A stretch of DNA of 63,990 nucleotides, the filler included, from an uncultured Methanosarcinales archaeon (lineage in GTDB: Archaea > Nanobdellota > Nanobdellia > Woesearchaeales > CAYPCY01), in assembly GCA_964409385.1 (NCBI GenBank). It is 7 parts of 5 records of this genome, joined end to end, with 100 filler letters (N's around TTAATTAATTAA, not from the genome) between each part and the next. Parts side by side here need not be neighbours in the genome. Positions count along the whole stretch, not along the records: positions 32,382 to 62,248 come from CAYPCY010000006.1; 6 more parts are not named here. The stretch is one strand, 5' to 3'. The notes below the pieces were generated by a model. That model was given only the letters and a program-made list of their open reading frames with translations. It made no database searches and was not told the origin of the DNA. Below, piece after piece: positions 50,726 through 61,526 of the stretch; within the stretch, counting starts at the first letter, position 1, and every line of letters starts with the position of its first letter. A program made the position numbers and the translations under genes.

Positions 50726-52411
50726 ATGAGCGAGTTATTTTTTATTATTGGCGCAATAATAATAGTTTCAACAGTATTAGCTTATGCTGGACGATTAATA
50801 AAACAACCAACCATCCTAGCATATATACTAGCAGGAGTACTGTTAGGCCCTGGAATTCTTAAAATAATACAAACTAAAGAACCAATAATAAGTGCGTTAT
50901 CAGATATTGGAATTGCGTTTTTATTATTCATAGTTGGTCTGGAATTAAGCTATAAAAAACTTAGAGATCTTGGAAAGAACGCATTAATACTTGGAATTGG
51001 ACAAATTTGTGTTACCTTAATACTTGGTTATTTGACAGTATTAGCATTAGGATTTAGAAATATTGAAGCTATATATATGGCTATAGCATTAACATTCTCA
51101 AGTACTATAATCGTTGTAAAATTACTCTCTGAAAAGAATGATGTGAATAATATTTACGGAAAAATGGCGATTTCAACCTTGTTAATACAAGATTTCTTTG
51201 CAATATTCGTGCTTGTATTTCTAGCAAGTGTTAAGATTGAAACAACACTAACCAGCCTTATAGCATTCACTTTCTTAAAAATGTTAATTATAACAATTGC
51301 AATATGGTTATTTGCCAAATATTTAATACCTACACTATTCAAAAAAGTTTCTAAAAATCAAGAATTATTATTCTTATCAAGCATTTCATTATGCTTCTTA
51401 TTTGCAATAGTAACAGAATATTACCAGTTAGGCCTGGAAATAGGAGCATTCACTGCAGGACTAGTACTGGCATCAACCCCTTACCATAATGAAATAATAG
51501 CAAAAGTAAGAAGTTTGAAAGACTTCTTCATTACAATGTTCTTTGTAATATTAGGAAGTAGCCTAGCATTCAAGATAGGTTATGAAGAAATACTACCAAT
51601 AATAATACTAGTATTATTTGTATTATTCATAAAACCATTAATAATATTCATAATATCTAATTTTACAGGCTTCAAAAGCAGTACTTCATACTTTACAGGA
51701 ACTAGTCTAGCACAAATTAGTGAATTTTCACTAATAATATTTGCTATTGGATTAAGTCTTGGACATGTTTCTAAAAACGCATTTGCAATAATAACAATAA
51801 TAGGAGTAGTTACAATAACCCTTTCAACATATTTAATAGATAATAATAGGAAATTATTCCAAAAATTAGTATCTACACTAGTAAGATTTGAAGGTAAAAA
51901 AGTAAATAATTCATTAAGTTCACTACCTGAAAAATGGAAGGATCAAATAGTTATTCTAGGTGCGAGAAGAACAGGAAATAATATAATTAGAAACTTAAAA
52001 ACTGAAAAGAAAAGACTTTTAATTATAGATCATGATCCTGGAATAATACACAAACTAAAAGAAAAAAATTATAATTGTATTTATGGAGACCTTACAGATC
52101 ATGAAATACTTGATCTTGTAGATTTTAAGAATACTGAAGTTTTAATTTCTACAATTAATGAATTTGAAGATAATAAATTTTTAGTGAAAAAAACAAAAAA
52201 ACTAAATGAAAAATGTTTAGTATTCCTTGTGGCAAGAACGACTGAAGAAGCGTTAGACCTTTATGAAAATGGTGCTGATTATGTCCTAATTCCTCAAATG
52301 CTGGGTGGTTCTCATTTTTCAGTAATTCTTCAGGAAGCGTCAGAAAATGTTAGTAATTTAATAACAAGAAGAATAAAACATATTAAAGAATTGAAAAAAA
52401 GTGGGTTTTAA
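50726..52411 (+). CDS. CPA2 cation:proton antiporter with TrkA-N domain (KefB-like)
   Basis: GI.FLLF..GLEL, SST..V.K.L, QD, QISEFS, G..R.G, YGD. Confidence 0.88.
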   Translation: MSELFFIIGAIIIVSTVLAYAGRLIKQPTILAYILAGVLLGPGILKIIQTKEPIISALSDIGIAFLLFIVGLELSYKKLRDLGKNALILGIGQICVTLILGYLTVLALGFRNIEAIYMAIALTFSSTIIVVKLLSEKNDVNNIYGKMAISTLLIQDFFAIFVLVFLASVKIETTLTSLIAFTFLKMLIITIAIWLFAKYLIPTLFKKVSKNQELLFLSSISLCFLFAIVTEYYQLGLEIGAFTAGLVLASTPYHNEIIAKVRSLKDFFITMFFVILGSSLAFKIGYEEILPIIILVLFVLFIKPLIIFIISNFTGFKSSTSYFTGTSLAQISEFSLIIFAIGLSLGHVSKNAFAIITIIGVVTITLSTYLIDNNRKLFQKLVSTLVRFEGKKVNNSLSSLPEKWKDQIVILGARRTGNNIIRNLKTEKKRLLIIDHDPGIIHKLKEKNYNCIYGDLTDHEILDLVDFKNTEVLISTINEFEDNKFLVKKTKKLNEKCLVFLVARTTEEALDLYENGADYVLIPQMLGGSHFSVILQEASENVSNLITRRIKHIKELKKSGF

Positions 52412-52436
52412 ATAGTAAAAAATAAATTATAATAAA

Positions 52437-53906
52437 ATGAATACTAAAGAACTAGTTAAATATGGCTTTACTATAGACCTTAAAGGGAAAGAAGCGAAAT
52501 ATTTAAGCGAGTTAAAAGAAACAGATTTTAAGAGTTTAGAAGAAGAATTTGCAGAAAAAATAGCTGATGAAGAAATATATGAAGAAACTAATGATATGCC
52601 TTTACGAACAGGATATCCAAAACCACTACATAGGTACAGGTTAATATATGAATCAACCACTAATTCTATTGAAGAAATGTACTTTTGGATGCTAGGACAT
52701 TTAAAACAAGACATGGCATTTCCAGAAATAGAAAAAATAACTGATGTTTACACAGCTAGTGAAAGTTCTGCAGTATGGGGAAATATGCAGCAGAGATTAG
52801 CAATCCAACAAGATAGGGCATCTCAATATTTAGCAAGTATTGGTAAAATGGTTAAGGAACTCTTCCAATTAGTTAGAGAATTAAGAATTTTAGAAGAGAG
52901 AAAAGAACTTTATGATAATTGGAAAGAATCCCACTCTGCAGATGTTACTCTGAAAGGATTATTTATTGATATGGTGGAAGGAGGGAGTAAAAACCCAACA
53001 TCAGTTTATGGACTGGCACAACAAGTTGGTTTTACTATCCTTCCAGACTTATTCTTTAATACACATATTACTAGCTTGAAAGCTGTTGATAAAGAAATTG
53101 ATAAGATGGAGTATAATCCATCAATAAAAAATGTTTTGAAAAGAAAACTAGTCCAGTATATCAGTTGGACTAAAAATACTGATAAGGAAGTTTCTAATAA
53201 GTTTAATTTCACTCTTAGAATGTTAAGACAACACTGGGTGGGAATAAAAACTAATATTTCATGGGTTAAACCCTACTTAAGAAATATTAAGAGAATGTCA
53301 ATGCAAGAAAGTCATACTACAAGTGCAGAGTTAATATCTAGTTTTGAAGGTAGTATTGCAGAAATGGAATTTTTGGCTAAGAAAAAAGTAGGAAGTCATT
53401 ATGCAATTGTACTAGCTACTTTCCAGTATAGGACAATGCCAACACTTTCTTACCAGACTGAAGGTTACCAAAGAGGTCCAATACATGTTGGTAGGGCAGA
53501 TGTTAAATTAAGAGCTTATGCCTGGACTGAAGACCAAATAGACAAGTATAAGAAGATGAAGGATAAGGAAGACAGGGAATTAATTGGTTATGTAGATGCT
53601 TCTTTAGAAAATGCAATGGATGCTTTAGAAGGGGATATTGAAAAGTATTTAGAATTGGCTGAAGAACCATTAAAGAAAAAGAATAAGGAAGAAAAGAAGG
53701 AGAAAGAACAACAAGCTAATGCATTAGAACCATTCAAAGCATTATTTCAAGGAGTGAATGAATTATTCATTCCAAATATTAAATTTAGGAAGAAAGGAAA
53801 AAAGAAGGGAAAATTAAATCCTAAAAATGCTGAAAAGACAGCTACGGGTGCAATGTGGCAAGTTTATAAAAATTATAAAAAATCTCATGGGTTGGTAGCA
53901 TGGTAA
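52437..53906 (+). CDS. Hypothetical helical/coiled-coil protein
   Basis: 489-aa ORF with no recognised catalytic motif. Confidence 0.75.
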   Translation: MNTKELVKYGFTIDLKGKEAKYLSELKETDFKSLEEEFAEKIADEEIYEETNDMPLRTGYPKPLHRYRLIYESTTNSIEEMYFWMLGHLKQDMAFPEIEKITDVYTASESSAVWGNMQQRLAIQQDRASQYLASIGKMVKELFQLVRELRILEERKELYDNWKESHSADVTLKGLFIDMVEGGSKNPTSVYGLAQQVGFTILPDLFFNTHITSLKAVDKEIDKMEYNPSIKNVLKRKLVQYISWTKNTDKEVSNKFNFTLRMLRQHWVGIKTNISWVKPYLRNIKRMSMQESHTTSAELISSFEGSIAEMEFLAKKKVGSHYAIVLATFQYRTMPTLSYQTEGYQRGPIHVGRADVKLRAYAWTEDQIDKYKKMKDKEDRELIGYVDASLENAMDALEGDIEKYLELAEEPLKKKNKEEKKEKEQQANALEPFKALFQGVNELFIPNIKFRKKGKKKGKLNPKNAEKTATGAMWQVYKNYKKSHGLVAW

Positions 53907-54394
53907 TTAAAAAAATAAAAACACTCCCTCCTCTAGAAAGAATTAAAGCATTAAAAAAACTAGAAGAAAAAACAAGAAAGGACCTTGAAGAATTATCTGA
54001 AAAAACAAATAAGGAAATAAAAGAAAGCCTTGATGATATTGCTATAGAAGAAGAGAGAAAAATAAAAAAGGATGAAAAAGAAGAAGAGCATAAGGAATTA
54101 ATTAATAAAATAATAAAACCAGTTCATGATAAGGACCTTTACGAAATAACAAATGCTGAATTCTATAATACTTTGAAAGAAGCAAGGAATAAAGCTGCAA
54201 AAGGAGAATTATCATCAAGAGAAGTTCAGGAATTAAATAAAGTAAAGACAGAATTTGAAAGTATTGTAGAAAATAAAGTTTATGAAGGAAACGATCCTAG
54301 ACATTATACTGAAAGAAGCAAGGAATTACTTAATCAAATTGAAAGTTATTCTTCAAGACTTGAAGAAATGTCAGATTATAAAATAGCTAAATAA
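53900..54394 (+). CDS. Charged coiled-coil hypothetical protein
   Basis: 164 aa, overlaps the upstream stop. Confidence 0.7.
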   Translation: MVIKKIKTLPPLERIKALKKLEEKTRKDLEELSEKTNKEIKESLDDIAIEEERKIKKDEKEEEHKELINKIIKPVHDKDLYEITNAEFYNTLKEARNKAAKGELSSREVQELNKVKTEFESIVENKVYEGNDPRHYTERSKELLNQIESYSSRLEEMSDYKIAK

Positions 54395-54398
54395 TAAA

Positions 54399-56390
54399 AT
54401 GGAATATATACAATATACACATCCTTTAGATAGGAAATATCACTTGCCAGAAACTGAAGATTCTAGAAATAATTACATGCATGAGGAACAGCATATTCAT
54501 GATTCTTCGATGACACCTCAAGAATTAGGAACTACTGCAAATCCATTCCAACACCAATTACAAGCTTTACAAGCAAAAATTAGGGAAGGTGCGGGAAAGG
54601 TAGAATTTGTATTTTTTGGTAAGGGAAAAGGATCTTCACAACAATTCACTCCTGAAAGTTTTGGAAAGGCAGAAAGAGAAGATATGAAGTACTTGGCTAA
54701 AATTAATAAAATGAAAACTTCAACACATGCAACTCCTGGAATTCAAGGATATTCGGGTTTTAATACCCAAACGGGAAGTTTTGATGATCAATTAAGACAA
54801 CAAAATCTTAAAGAAATAAATAAAGCAATAGACTTTGCAGCTGATGCTACTACTGGTGGTGCTGTTGTTGTTCATACTGGAGAATGGCAAAGGTCAATAA
54901 GTGAAGCTTTCGGTACTGGAACAAATAAATTTAAGGAGTTTGAAGGTGAAGAAAAACAAGCTACAATAATGGCAGTGGATTCACTTACTGGAAAGGTAAA
55001 CGCAATAAAAAAAGATCAAATATATTACGAGCCAGAATTCATAACTGCAAATGATGTGAAAGATAGACTTTCTAGGAATAGTTCAGGACATTTAATAGAT
55101 GCAAAAGGAAAAGTTTTGAAAGATGATGATTGGCTGGATATTAACAATAATAAAATTTCAAAATTGGATCCTAAAGGAATGTTTGAAAGAGTACCTAAAT
55201 TCGAAAGAGAAACTACAGAATTCAAAGTTAAAGAATTAACTTTTGAAGATATGCAAAAAAGAGCAGAAGAACTAGGATTAGCGCCGGAAGTTTATATTAC
55301 AAAAAATCAATTCTTAAATGAAAGTTTAAAGGCAAAATCACAATCAATATTTTATGGGAGAGACTATGATTCTCATGAGAGAGAAAGAAAAAATCTTATA
55401 AAAACAATTGAAAATGTGAAAAAAATGAAGGAAAAACACATTCCTAAAGAAAGATGGAAGGACTATTTGATTGATACAGGTGCTTCTAGAAGTCATGTTT
55501 TTGGAATGCCAGATAAGATGGATCCTGAAGATTATTTCAAACAACAACTACATAGAATGGAAGATTCAATGAGGCATATTCATGAATCATCTGCAGTTGC
55601 AGATGCACAATCAACAGAACTTAGGAAAAAAGCAGAAGCAGTGCAGACGGTTGAAGAGTATGCCTTGAAAAAAACTGCGGATACTTTCTCAAAAGCAGCT
55701 ATTAGGGCTTGGCAACAAACAAAAATGGCTAAGGATTTGGAAGATGATGTTTATATTGCTCCAGAAAATTATTTGCCTCAAGAATTTGGAGGTCATCCAC
55801 AAGAGATGGTTAAGATAGTGGAGGCTTCAAGAAATTCATTTGTTGATAGAATGCGTAAGCAACATAAAGTTTCTAGAGAACAAGCTACAAAACTTGCAAA
55901 GAAACATATTAAATCAACTATTGATATAGGACATTTTAATCTTTGGAGGCAGCATTTTGAAAGAAATCCTGGAGAGAATCAAGAACAATTTGATAAAAGA
56001 TTTAATACTTGGCTTATTGGAGAAATAAAGACTATGTCTAGAAAGGGCGTGTTGGGTCATGTTCACATGAGTGATAATTTTGGTTATGATGATGAGCATT
56101 TAACAATTGGAGAGGGTAATGCTCCTATAAAAGAATTTGTTGCATTAATGGAAAAAGAGGGAATAAAAGATATTGTTATAGAAACAGGAAGTTTCAATCC
56201 AACAACTGCAATGCATGATTCTTGGAGTAGGCTAGGAACTAAAGTGTATGGAATTCATACTATGAACCCGAGAAGTTTTTCACAAGTGCATGGTCAGCAT
56301 ATGGGTTATAATGCTCCTCCATTCTATATTGTAGGAGCATACGCGCCTAGTAATGACTTTAAATTATGGAGTGAAGTTCCTCTTGAGTAA
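54399..56390 (+). CDS. Xylose-isomerase/endonuclease IV-like metal TIM barrel with large insertion
   Basis: STHA, VVVHTGE, IAPEN, TIDIGH, HVHMSDNFG.DDEHL..G.GN, VIE. Confidence 0.7.
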   Translation: MEYIQYTHPLDRKYHLPETEDSRNNYMHEEQHIHDSSMTPQELGTTANPFQHQLQALQAKIREGAGKVEFVFFGKGKGSSQQFTPESFGKAEREDMKYLAKINKMKTSTHATPGIQGYSGFNTQTGSFDDQLRQQNLKEINKAIDFAADATTGGAVVVHTGEWQRSISEAFGTGTNKFKEFEGEEKQATIMAVDSLTGKVNAIKKDQIYYEPEFITANDVKDRLSRNSSGHLIDAKGKVLKDDDWLDINNNKISKLDPKGMFERVPKFERETTEFKVKELTFEDMQKRAEELGLAPEVYITKNQFLNESLKAKSQSIFYGRDYDSHERERKNLIKTIENVKKMKEKHIPKERWKDYLIDTGASRSHVFGMPDKMDPEDYFKQQLHRMEDSMRHIHESSAVADAQSTELRKKAEAVQTVEEYALKKTADTFSKAAIRAWQQTKMAKDLEDDVYIAPENYLPQEFGGHPQEMVKIVEASRNSFVDRMRKQHKVSREQATKLAKKHIKSTIDIGHFNLWRQHFERNPGENQEQFDKRFNTWLIGEIKTMSRKGVLGHVHMSDNFGYDDEHLTIGEGNAPIKEFVALMEKEGIKDIVIETGSFNPTTAMHDSWSRLGTKVYGIHTMNPRSFSQVHGQHMGYNAPPFYIVGAYAPSNDFKLWSEVPLE

Positions 56391-56444
56391 CTATTCAATA
56401 ATGAAGATAAAATTATATAAAAAAAGTAAGTTAAGGTTTTAATA

Positions 56445-57242
56445 ATGAAATTCCCTTTAAAGAAAAAAAAAGAGATTGGAGGAAAATATCCTAAGAAACA
56501 GTTAGATATTGCTTACAAGTTTTCTGCCAGGCTTCATAAGGAGATGGGTCCTTTAATTAAGGCAATTGTATTGTTCGGAAGTTCTGTTAAAAGCCAAAAA
56601 ACAGCTAAGGATATTGATATTTTAGTAATTCTTGATGATACAGAATTTGAATTTACTAGGGAGATAATACATACTTATAGAATAATCGTACAAAAAATTG
56701 TTGCTAGTGTTTCTGAAGAAATACATTTAACTAGCTTAAAATTCACTAATTTTTGGGAGTATGTAAGGAATGGAGATCCTTTGGCAGTAAATATACTTCG
56801 TGATGGAAAACCTATATTGGACAAGGGATTTATTGATCCTTTACAAAGGCTTCTTGTCAGAGGAAGAATAAGACCTTCTAAAGAGTCAGTTTATAGTTAC
56901 TTATCAAGAGCTCCAATGACATTATTAAACAGTCAATGGCATATTATGCAGGCAGTAATGGACTTATACTGGGCAGTCATTGATTCAGCTCATGGTGCAT
57001 TAATGAGTATTAATGAAATTCCGCCAAGTCCCGAGCATGTTTCTGATATGATTGAAGAAAAATTAGTAAAGCCTGGTTTAATAAGTAAAAAATATTCTAA
57101 GATTGCAAGAAACTTCTATTCCTTAAGTAAAATGATTAATCATAGAGAAATTAAAGAAATACCCGGACATAATTATGATCAATATTACAAAGAAGCTTTT
57201 GACTTTGTAGATACTATGAGAAAATTTGTGGAAAAAAAATAA
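56445..57242 (+). CDS. Minimal nucleotidyltransferase with C-terminal HEPN-like helical domain
   Basis: LFGS......DIDILVILDD; C-terminal DLYWAVIDSAHGAL...H. Confidence 0.75.
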   Translation: MKFPLKKKKEIGGKYPKKQLDIAYKFSARLHKEMGPLIKAIVLFGSSVKSQKTAKDIDILVILDDTEFEFTREIIHTYRIIVQKIVASVSEEIHLTSLKFTNFWEYVRNGDPLAVNILRDGKPILDKGFIDPLQRLLVRGRIRPSKESVYSYLSRAPMTLLNSQWHIMQAVMDLYWAVIDSAHGALMSINEIPPSPEHVSDMIEEKLVKPGLISKKYSKIARNFYSLSKMINHREIKEIPGHNYDQYYKEAFDFVDTMRKFVEKK

Positions 57243-57245
57243 AAT

Positions 57246-60017
57246 CTACTTGATTTTACTAATCATTAATCCAATAACTATTAGTAATAATAAACCAATA
57301 AGTCCAAGCATTAACAAGTAAGTATTTGATTCTAAAAAGTTATTTTCACTTCCATAAACAACATTTCCTGTAACTGGAGGTGCAGTAGTGATTATTTCTA
57401 TTGTGGAATTATCTTCTTCCTCCTCCTCTGGAGTTTCAGTACTACAAGTTTGCTTTTCTATAATTATGCTTTCAACATCAGTTTCATAGTCAGAATTATA
57501 ATCAGCAACTGCAGTAATAACATATAATCCGTTAGATAATTCAGGTACTGGAATATTGAATGTTCTTCTTAAGTATTCTCCCTCATCAAGTTCTAAACCA
57601 ATTTCAGTAGTTGAAAAATCTAAATCGTTAGAGTATACTTCAAGCATTGCATCTTCAGTATCCATATCTCCTATATTTGCTATTCTAACACTTACCTCTA
57701 TAGAATTTTGACAAGTTAATATTTCAGGGAATAGTTCAAGACTGGTTATTTCAATATCTCTACTTTTCCTATCAACTTCCAAGTCTAAAGTCCATGTTTC
57801 TTCATGTAAATTATCATCGTCAGCGTCTCTACCTTGAACATGCACTTCTACAACATAGTTTCCTTCACTTGCATCTTCAGGAATTGTTAAACTTAAAGTT
57901 ACTCTTTCCTTGGAATCGTCTGAAATGCTAAACTCGCTAGTTTCTTCTTCAATATCATCATTATCATCAATATCTTTTATAGTAACTGTTACTTCAACCT
58001 CGTCAAAGTCAATATCATCAAATTTGTTTTCAACTTCAACATCAAAGTATAAAATATCTCCTGGTCTTATGGAAGTAATATTATCATTATCGTCATAATT
58101 ATCGTCAGAGGCTTCATTAACTGAAATATCAAGGTCTGAAATTACTAGTTTTGAGTCTGAAACTTTAATAGTGACTGAGAAAGATTCTTCAACTTTGTCA
58201 TTACTTACAGTAATAGTTCCTGAATAAGTTCCTTCATTTACACCATTAGTATCAACTGTTAAAGTAAAACTTTCGGTAGTTCCTGACCCAATATTTTGAG
58301 AGCTTGATAATGTTATTTTTGAACTAATATCTCCTGAATAGGTTGCTTGAACATTAGTTAGGTCAGAACTTCCAGTGTTTGAAACATCAAATTCAACATT
58401 CTTAGTAGAATTTGGCTTTACTGTAAAGCTTAGACTTGAAGGTACTGAAATAGCGTAAGTTTCGTCAGTAACTACTAAACTTAATGCTTTAGTGATAGTT
58501 GTAGAACTATGAGTTATGGTTACAGTTCCAGTATAAGTATCTAAAGTTTGATTTGAACCTATGTAAACAGTTAATATAACATCTTGAGAACTTCCCATTG
58601 TAAGATCAAAATTAGTTAATCCAACACTGATGTTTTCAATACTGTTTGTTTGTCCTGTAAGGTTTGATACTGAAACATTAATGTCTTCAATTAATACATT
58701 TCCAGTATTGCTCATTGAAAGAGTTATTTGTTTACTAGTTGCTTGTTCAGGATTTAAGTATTGTGTTGAAATATTATTTACTGTTAATTCAGTATTTGAT
58801 TGAACTGTTAAATTACTGTTTAATTGTATATTGCCTAATGTTATAGGCGTATAATCTCCTGCAGTGATTGCTGGAATTGTAAAATTAGTAGTGAAATTAC
58901 CAGTATTATCAACTGTAAGATCTAATGTTGCTGAACTAGCTCCAAAAGTTATTTGATTAATTACCGTTCCTGGTTCGTAGTATGATCCTGTAATTGTTAT
59001 TAGATCTCCTGGAATTCCAGTAGTTGGTGATATTGAAAAGCTAGAAGCTGTAACTAATAAATTTGATGTTTTAGTTATGCTTTCTACCGCGTCATTAAAA
59101 CTTAAAGTTACTGAACCAGTAGTTTTAGCCTTGAAAGTTAAAGTTGCAGTTCCTGATGTGAAAGTATAATCATTAGATAAATTTGTAGATCCTGAAGACC
59201 ATTCATAATTATCTCCTGTAGGACTAAGCAATGCTAGATTTGTGTAGTCTGAAACTGTATTATTATACGCATCAACTGCAGTTATACTAATATCTATAGT
59301 GTTATTAACAACTGCAAAACTTCTGTGATTAATGTTAAAAGTTGAAATATTATTAGGTAATACTGTAAATGTTGAAGTTTCACTTACTGAACCTTGTAAT
59401 ACTTCTAAACTGTATAAACCTGTAGTTTGAATTGTAGAGTTTAAATTTAGAGAATGAATTCCTGAAGTAAAATCTATTAATCCTTGATTTGCACTATTTA
59501 ATTTCCAGAATACTGTATTATCACCGAATGAAGTTACAGTATTTCCGTAAGAATCTACAGCTGTGAAAGTTACGGGGAAGATAGTTCCTGCAGTGTTATT
59601 ATTATCATGAGTGATTGTGAAATCATTGAAACTTCCTGGAGTGAATTGTAAGTTTGTGTTTGAAGAAGTTATACTTCCATTAGTTGCGTTAAATGTGAAA
59701 GAATTTGTTGAAATTGAAGTAATTCCTATTATTACTGAACCGTTATCATTTGCATTGAATGCGTATTGTGAACTGGTTAGTGTTCCTGAACCGTTTACTA
59801 AAGAGTAAGTAGCGGATGCATTATTACTAAAAGTTAATATTCCTGTATAATTAAATGTATTTCCTGAACTATTAAGTGTTTCAATAGTTAAATTTTGTAC
59901 TTGTCCTACTTGGGCTTGTGTTCCTGCAGTTACATTAATAGAAGATAGATCTGCAGACGCAAAAGCTGCTAAAAGAGTGAATATAAAAGTTGTTAATATT
60001 AACTTTTGAAAGTTCAT
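57246..60017 (-). CDS. Large S-layer-like surface glycoprotein with Ig-like domains and C-terminal TM anchor
   Basis: Signal peptide, Thr/Ser/Asn-rich beta repeats, many N-x-S/T sequons, acidic C-terminal domains, terminal TM. Confidence 0.75.
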   Translation of the reverse strand: MNFQKLILTTFIFTLLAAFASADLSSINVTAGTQAQVGQVQNLTIETLNSSGNTFNYTGILTFSNNASATYSLVNGSGTLTSSQYAFNANDNGSVIIGITSISTNSFTFNATNGSITSSNTNLQFTPGSFNDFTITHDNNNTAGTIFPVTFTAVDSYGNTVTSFGDNTVFWKLNSANQGLIDFTSGIHSLNLNSTIQTTGLYSLEVLQGSVSETSTFTVLPNNISTFNINHRSFAVVNNTIDISITAVDAYNNTVSDYTNLALLSPTGDNYEWSSGSTNLSNDYTFTSGTATLTFKAKTTGSVTLSFNDAVESITKTSNLLVTASSFSISPTTGIPGDLITITGSYYEPGTVINQITFGASSATLDLTVDNTGNFTTNFTIPAITAGDYTPITLGNIQLNSNLTVQSNTELTVNNISTQYLNPEQATSKQITLSMSNTGNVLIEDINVSVSNLTGQTNSIENISVGLTNFDLTMGSSQDVILTVYIGSNQTLDTYTGTVTITHSSTTITKALSLVVTDETYAISVPSSLSFTVKPNSTKNVEFDVSNTGSSDLTNVQATYSGDISSKITLSSSQNIGSGTTESFTLTVDTNGVNEGTYSGTITVSNDKVEESFSVTIKVSDSKLVISDLDISVNEASDDNYDDNDNITSIRPGDILYFDVEVENKFDDIDFDEVEVTVTIKDIDDNDDIEEETSEFSISDDSKERVTLSLTIPEDASEGNYVVEVHVQGRDADDDNLHEETWTLDLEVDRKSRDIEITSLELFPEILTCQNSIEVSVRIANIGDMDTEDAMLEVYSNDLDFSTTEIGLELDEGEYLRRTFNIPVPELSNGLYVITAVADYNSDYETDVESIIIEKQTCSTETPEEEEEDNSTIEIITTAPPVTGNVVYGSENNFLESNTYLLMLGLIGLLLLIVIGLMISKIK

Positions 60018-60021
60018 AATT

Positions 60022-60080
60022 ACCCCCGAACGGAATTCTTATCACTCCGAAGTGATAATTAATTTATAAACTTTGCGGAA
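60022..60080 (-). promoter_or_regulatory. Promoter, leader palindrome and SD of the surface protein gene
   Basis: TTCCGCAAAGTTTATAAA (60063-60080), TTATCACT-N4-AGTGATAA, GGGGGT SD. Confidence 0.6.
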
Positions 60081-60797
60081 CTAATTCCTAGAGAAATTAA
60101 AGATACTTCCCAGATCAACACTTGACTCTTCCATTTCAGAAGATGGTTTTGATTCTGTTTCCTTTATTTCTTTTGTTTCTTCAACAACTGCTTCTTTTTC
60201 ATACTCTTGAACGAATGTTGGTTGTTGAACTGGTTCTAAAGGAGTGTTAGAAGCCAGGCTTGGAGCCTGGCTTTCCTCTTTATTCCCGGAATTACCGTAG
60301 ATAAAATCAGAGTCTTCACTAAGAAGCTCCTCCTCATCACCCGATTGTGGGGGGTTAGAAATACTAGGTGATGTTTCCATTACAAATGAAGGGGAAGGTT
60401 GAGCCTCGATTGGCTCAACAGGAGTCATCGGCCTTTCAGCCTCGTGATGAATTATTGGTTTTATGATTGTTGTTGTTTCAACCTTTTTCATTTCTCCATG
60501 ATCTTGATTATTTACTGATTGTTCTTTTGAACCTACAAGTTCCCAATCTTTGCTAAGGTTTCTTTTAACTTCAGCATTCCTAGTAACTTGCACTTTAACT
60601 TTTGGTTCTTCAGGATTATGTTGTTTTTCCAGATAATTTTCGATCTTTTTTGATTGTTCCATGAAATAAGCTTGGCTTTTTCTTCCTGTAGAGTCGATAT
60701 CAGAAGCCATTCTTGCAGCTTCCGTTGCTGATGCTGCAAGTCCTGAGGACTTTAATGTATCAGCTAGTTTCTTTAATTCCGGGGTAGTTTTGTCCAT
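60081..60797 (-). CDS. Hypothetical protein, acidic, largely low-complexity
   Basis: Helical N-terminus LK.SGLAAS..EA..MA, Pro/Glu/Ser-rich body, VDL..IFNF tail. Confidence 0.65.
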   Translation of the reverse strand: MDKTTPELKKLADTLKSSGLAASATEAARMASDIDSTGRKSQAYFMEQSKKIENYLEKQHNPEEPKVKVQVTRNAEVKRNLSKDWELVGSKEQSVNNQDHGEMKKVETTTIIKPIIHHEAERPMTPVEPIEAQPSPSFVMETSPSISNPPQSGDEEELLSEDSDFIYGNSGNKEESQAPSLASNTPLEPVQQPTFVQEYEKEAVVEETKEIKETESKPSSEMEESSVDLGSIFNFSRN

Positions 60798-60908
60798 TTT
60801 CTTAAATTAATATACTTTTTAGTATAGTAGTATAATTTTAATATATAAATCTTTTGATTTTCCCTCGGAAAAACAAAGCCCAGAAACCTTTTGGTTTAGT
60901 TAAAAAAA

Positions 60909-61196
60909 TCAAAACTTAACCTGTTTATACTTCCTACCCTGCCTGTATACTACATCATGATGAGCATAATCAACAAAATAAACTATTTTATTTGCTCCGA
61001 AAAATAATATAACATAAGAATTATTTACATGAACTCTCTTATATTTTTTCAAACTTTTAGAAAGATTCTTATAATGATCAAGATTAGCACGTTCTAAGAT
61101 TTCATCAATCTTATTGAGCACATTTTTAAGTTGCCTGCCTTTTAATTTTTTTATGTTTTTTCTGAAAAGATTACTATCTCTAAAACTTCTTTTCAT
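60909..61196 (-). CDS. RelE/ParE-like toxin
   Basis: Basic 95 aa: F.K..KKL, YK.L...L..YKRVHV...YV..F, HHD..Y. Confidence 0.75.
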   Translation of the reverse strand: MKRSFRDSNLFRKNIKKLKGRQLKNVLNKIDEILERANLDHYKNLSKSLKKYKRVHVNNSYVILFFGANKIVYFVDYAHHDVVYRQGRKYKQVKF

Positions 61197-61438
61197 TTTA
61201 AAGATTCTTTTAATTTTTCATGAAACTTTTTAGAATCATTTTCAGACAAAAAAGTGTTTGCTTCTTCACCATCTAACTTTTTTAAATATTCAGACCTTAC
61301 TTGAAGATCTCCAAATATTTTTTCCCTTGCTGCTTCACGGAAAAATTCTTGAACATTTAAAAACCCATGTGTCTTAGCAAAATTTTTAGTTTGTTCAAGA
61401 AACTCTTCAGGCATTCTTAAATTAATTTGTGTTGACAT
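61193..61438 (-). CDS. Ribbon-helix-helix antitoxin
   Basis: QINLRMPE...GF.NVQEF.REA.REK; ATGA overlap with the toxin. Confidence 0.75.
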   Translation of the reverse strand: MSTQINLRMPEEFLEQTKNFAKTHGFLNVQEFFREAAREKIFGDLQVRSEYLKKLDGEEANTFLSENDSKKFHEKLKESLK

Positions 61439-61526
61439 AATATTTTAAAATATCTTATAATATTTAAAACTATCTGTTTTAGAGCACATCATAAGATATA
61501 TAAAGAACCATTTCTTAATTATTTTT

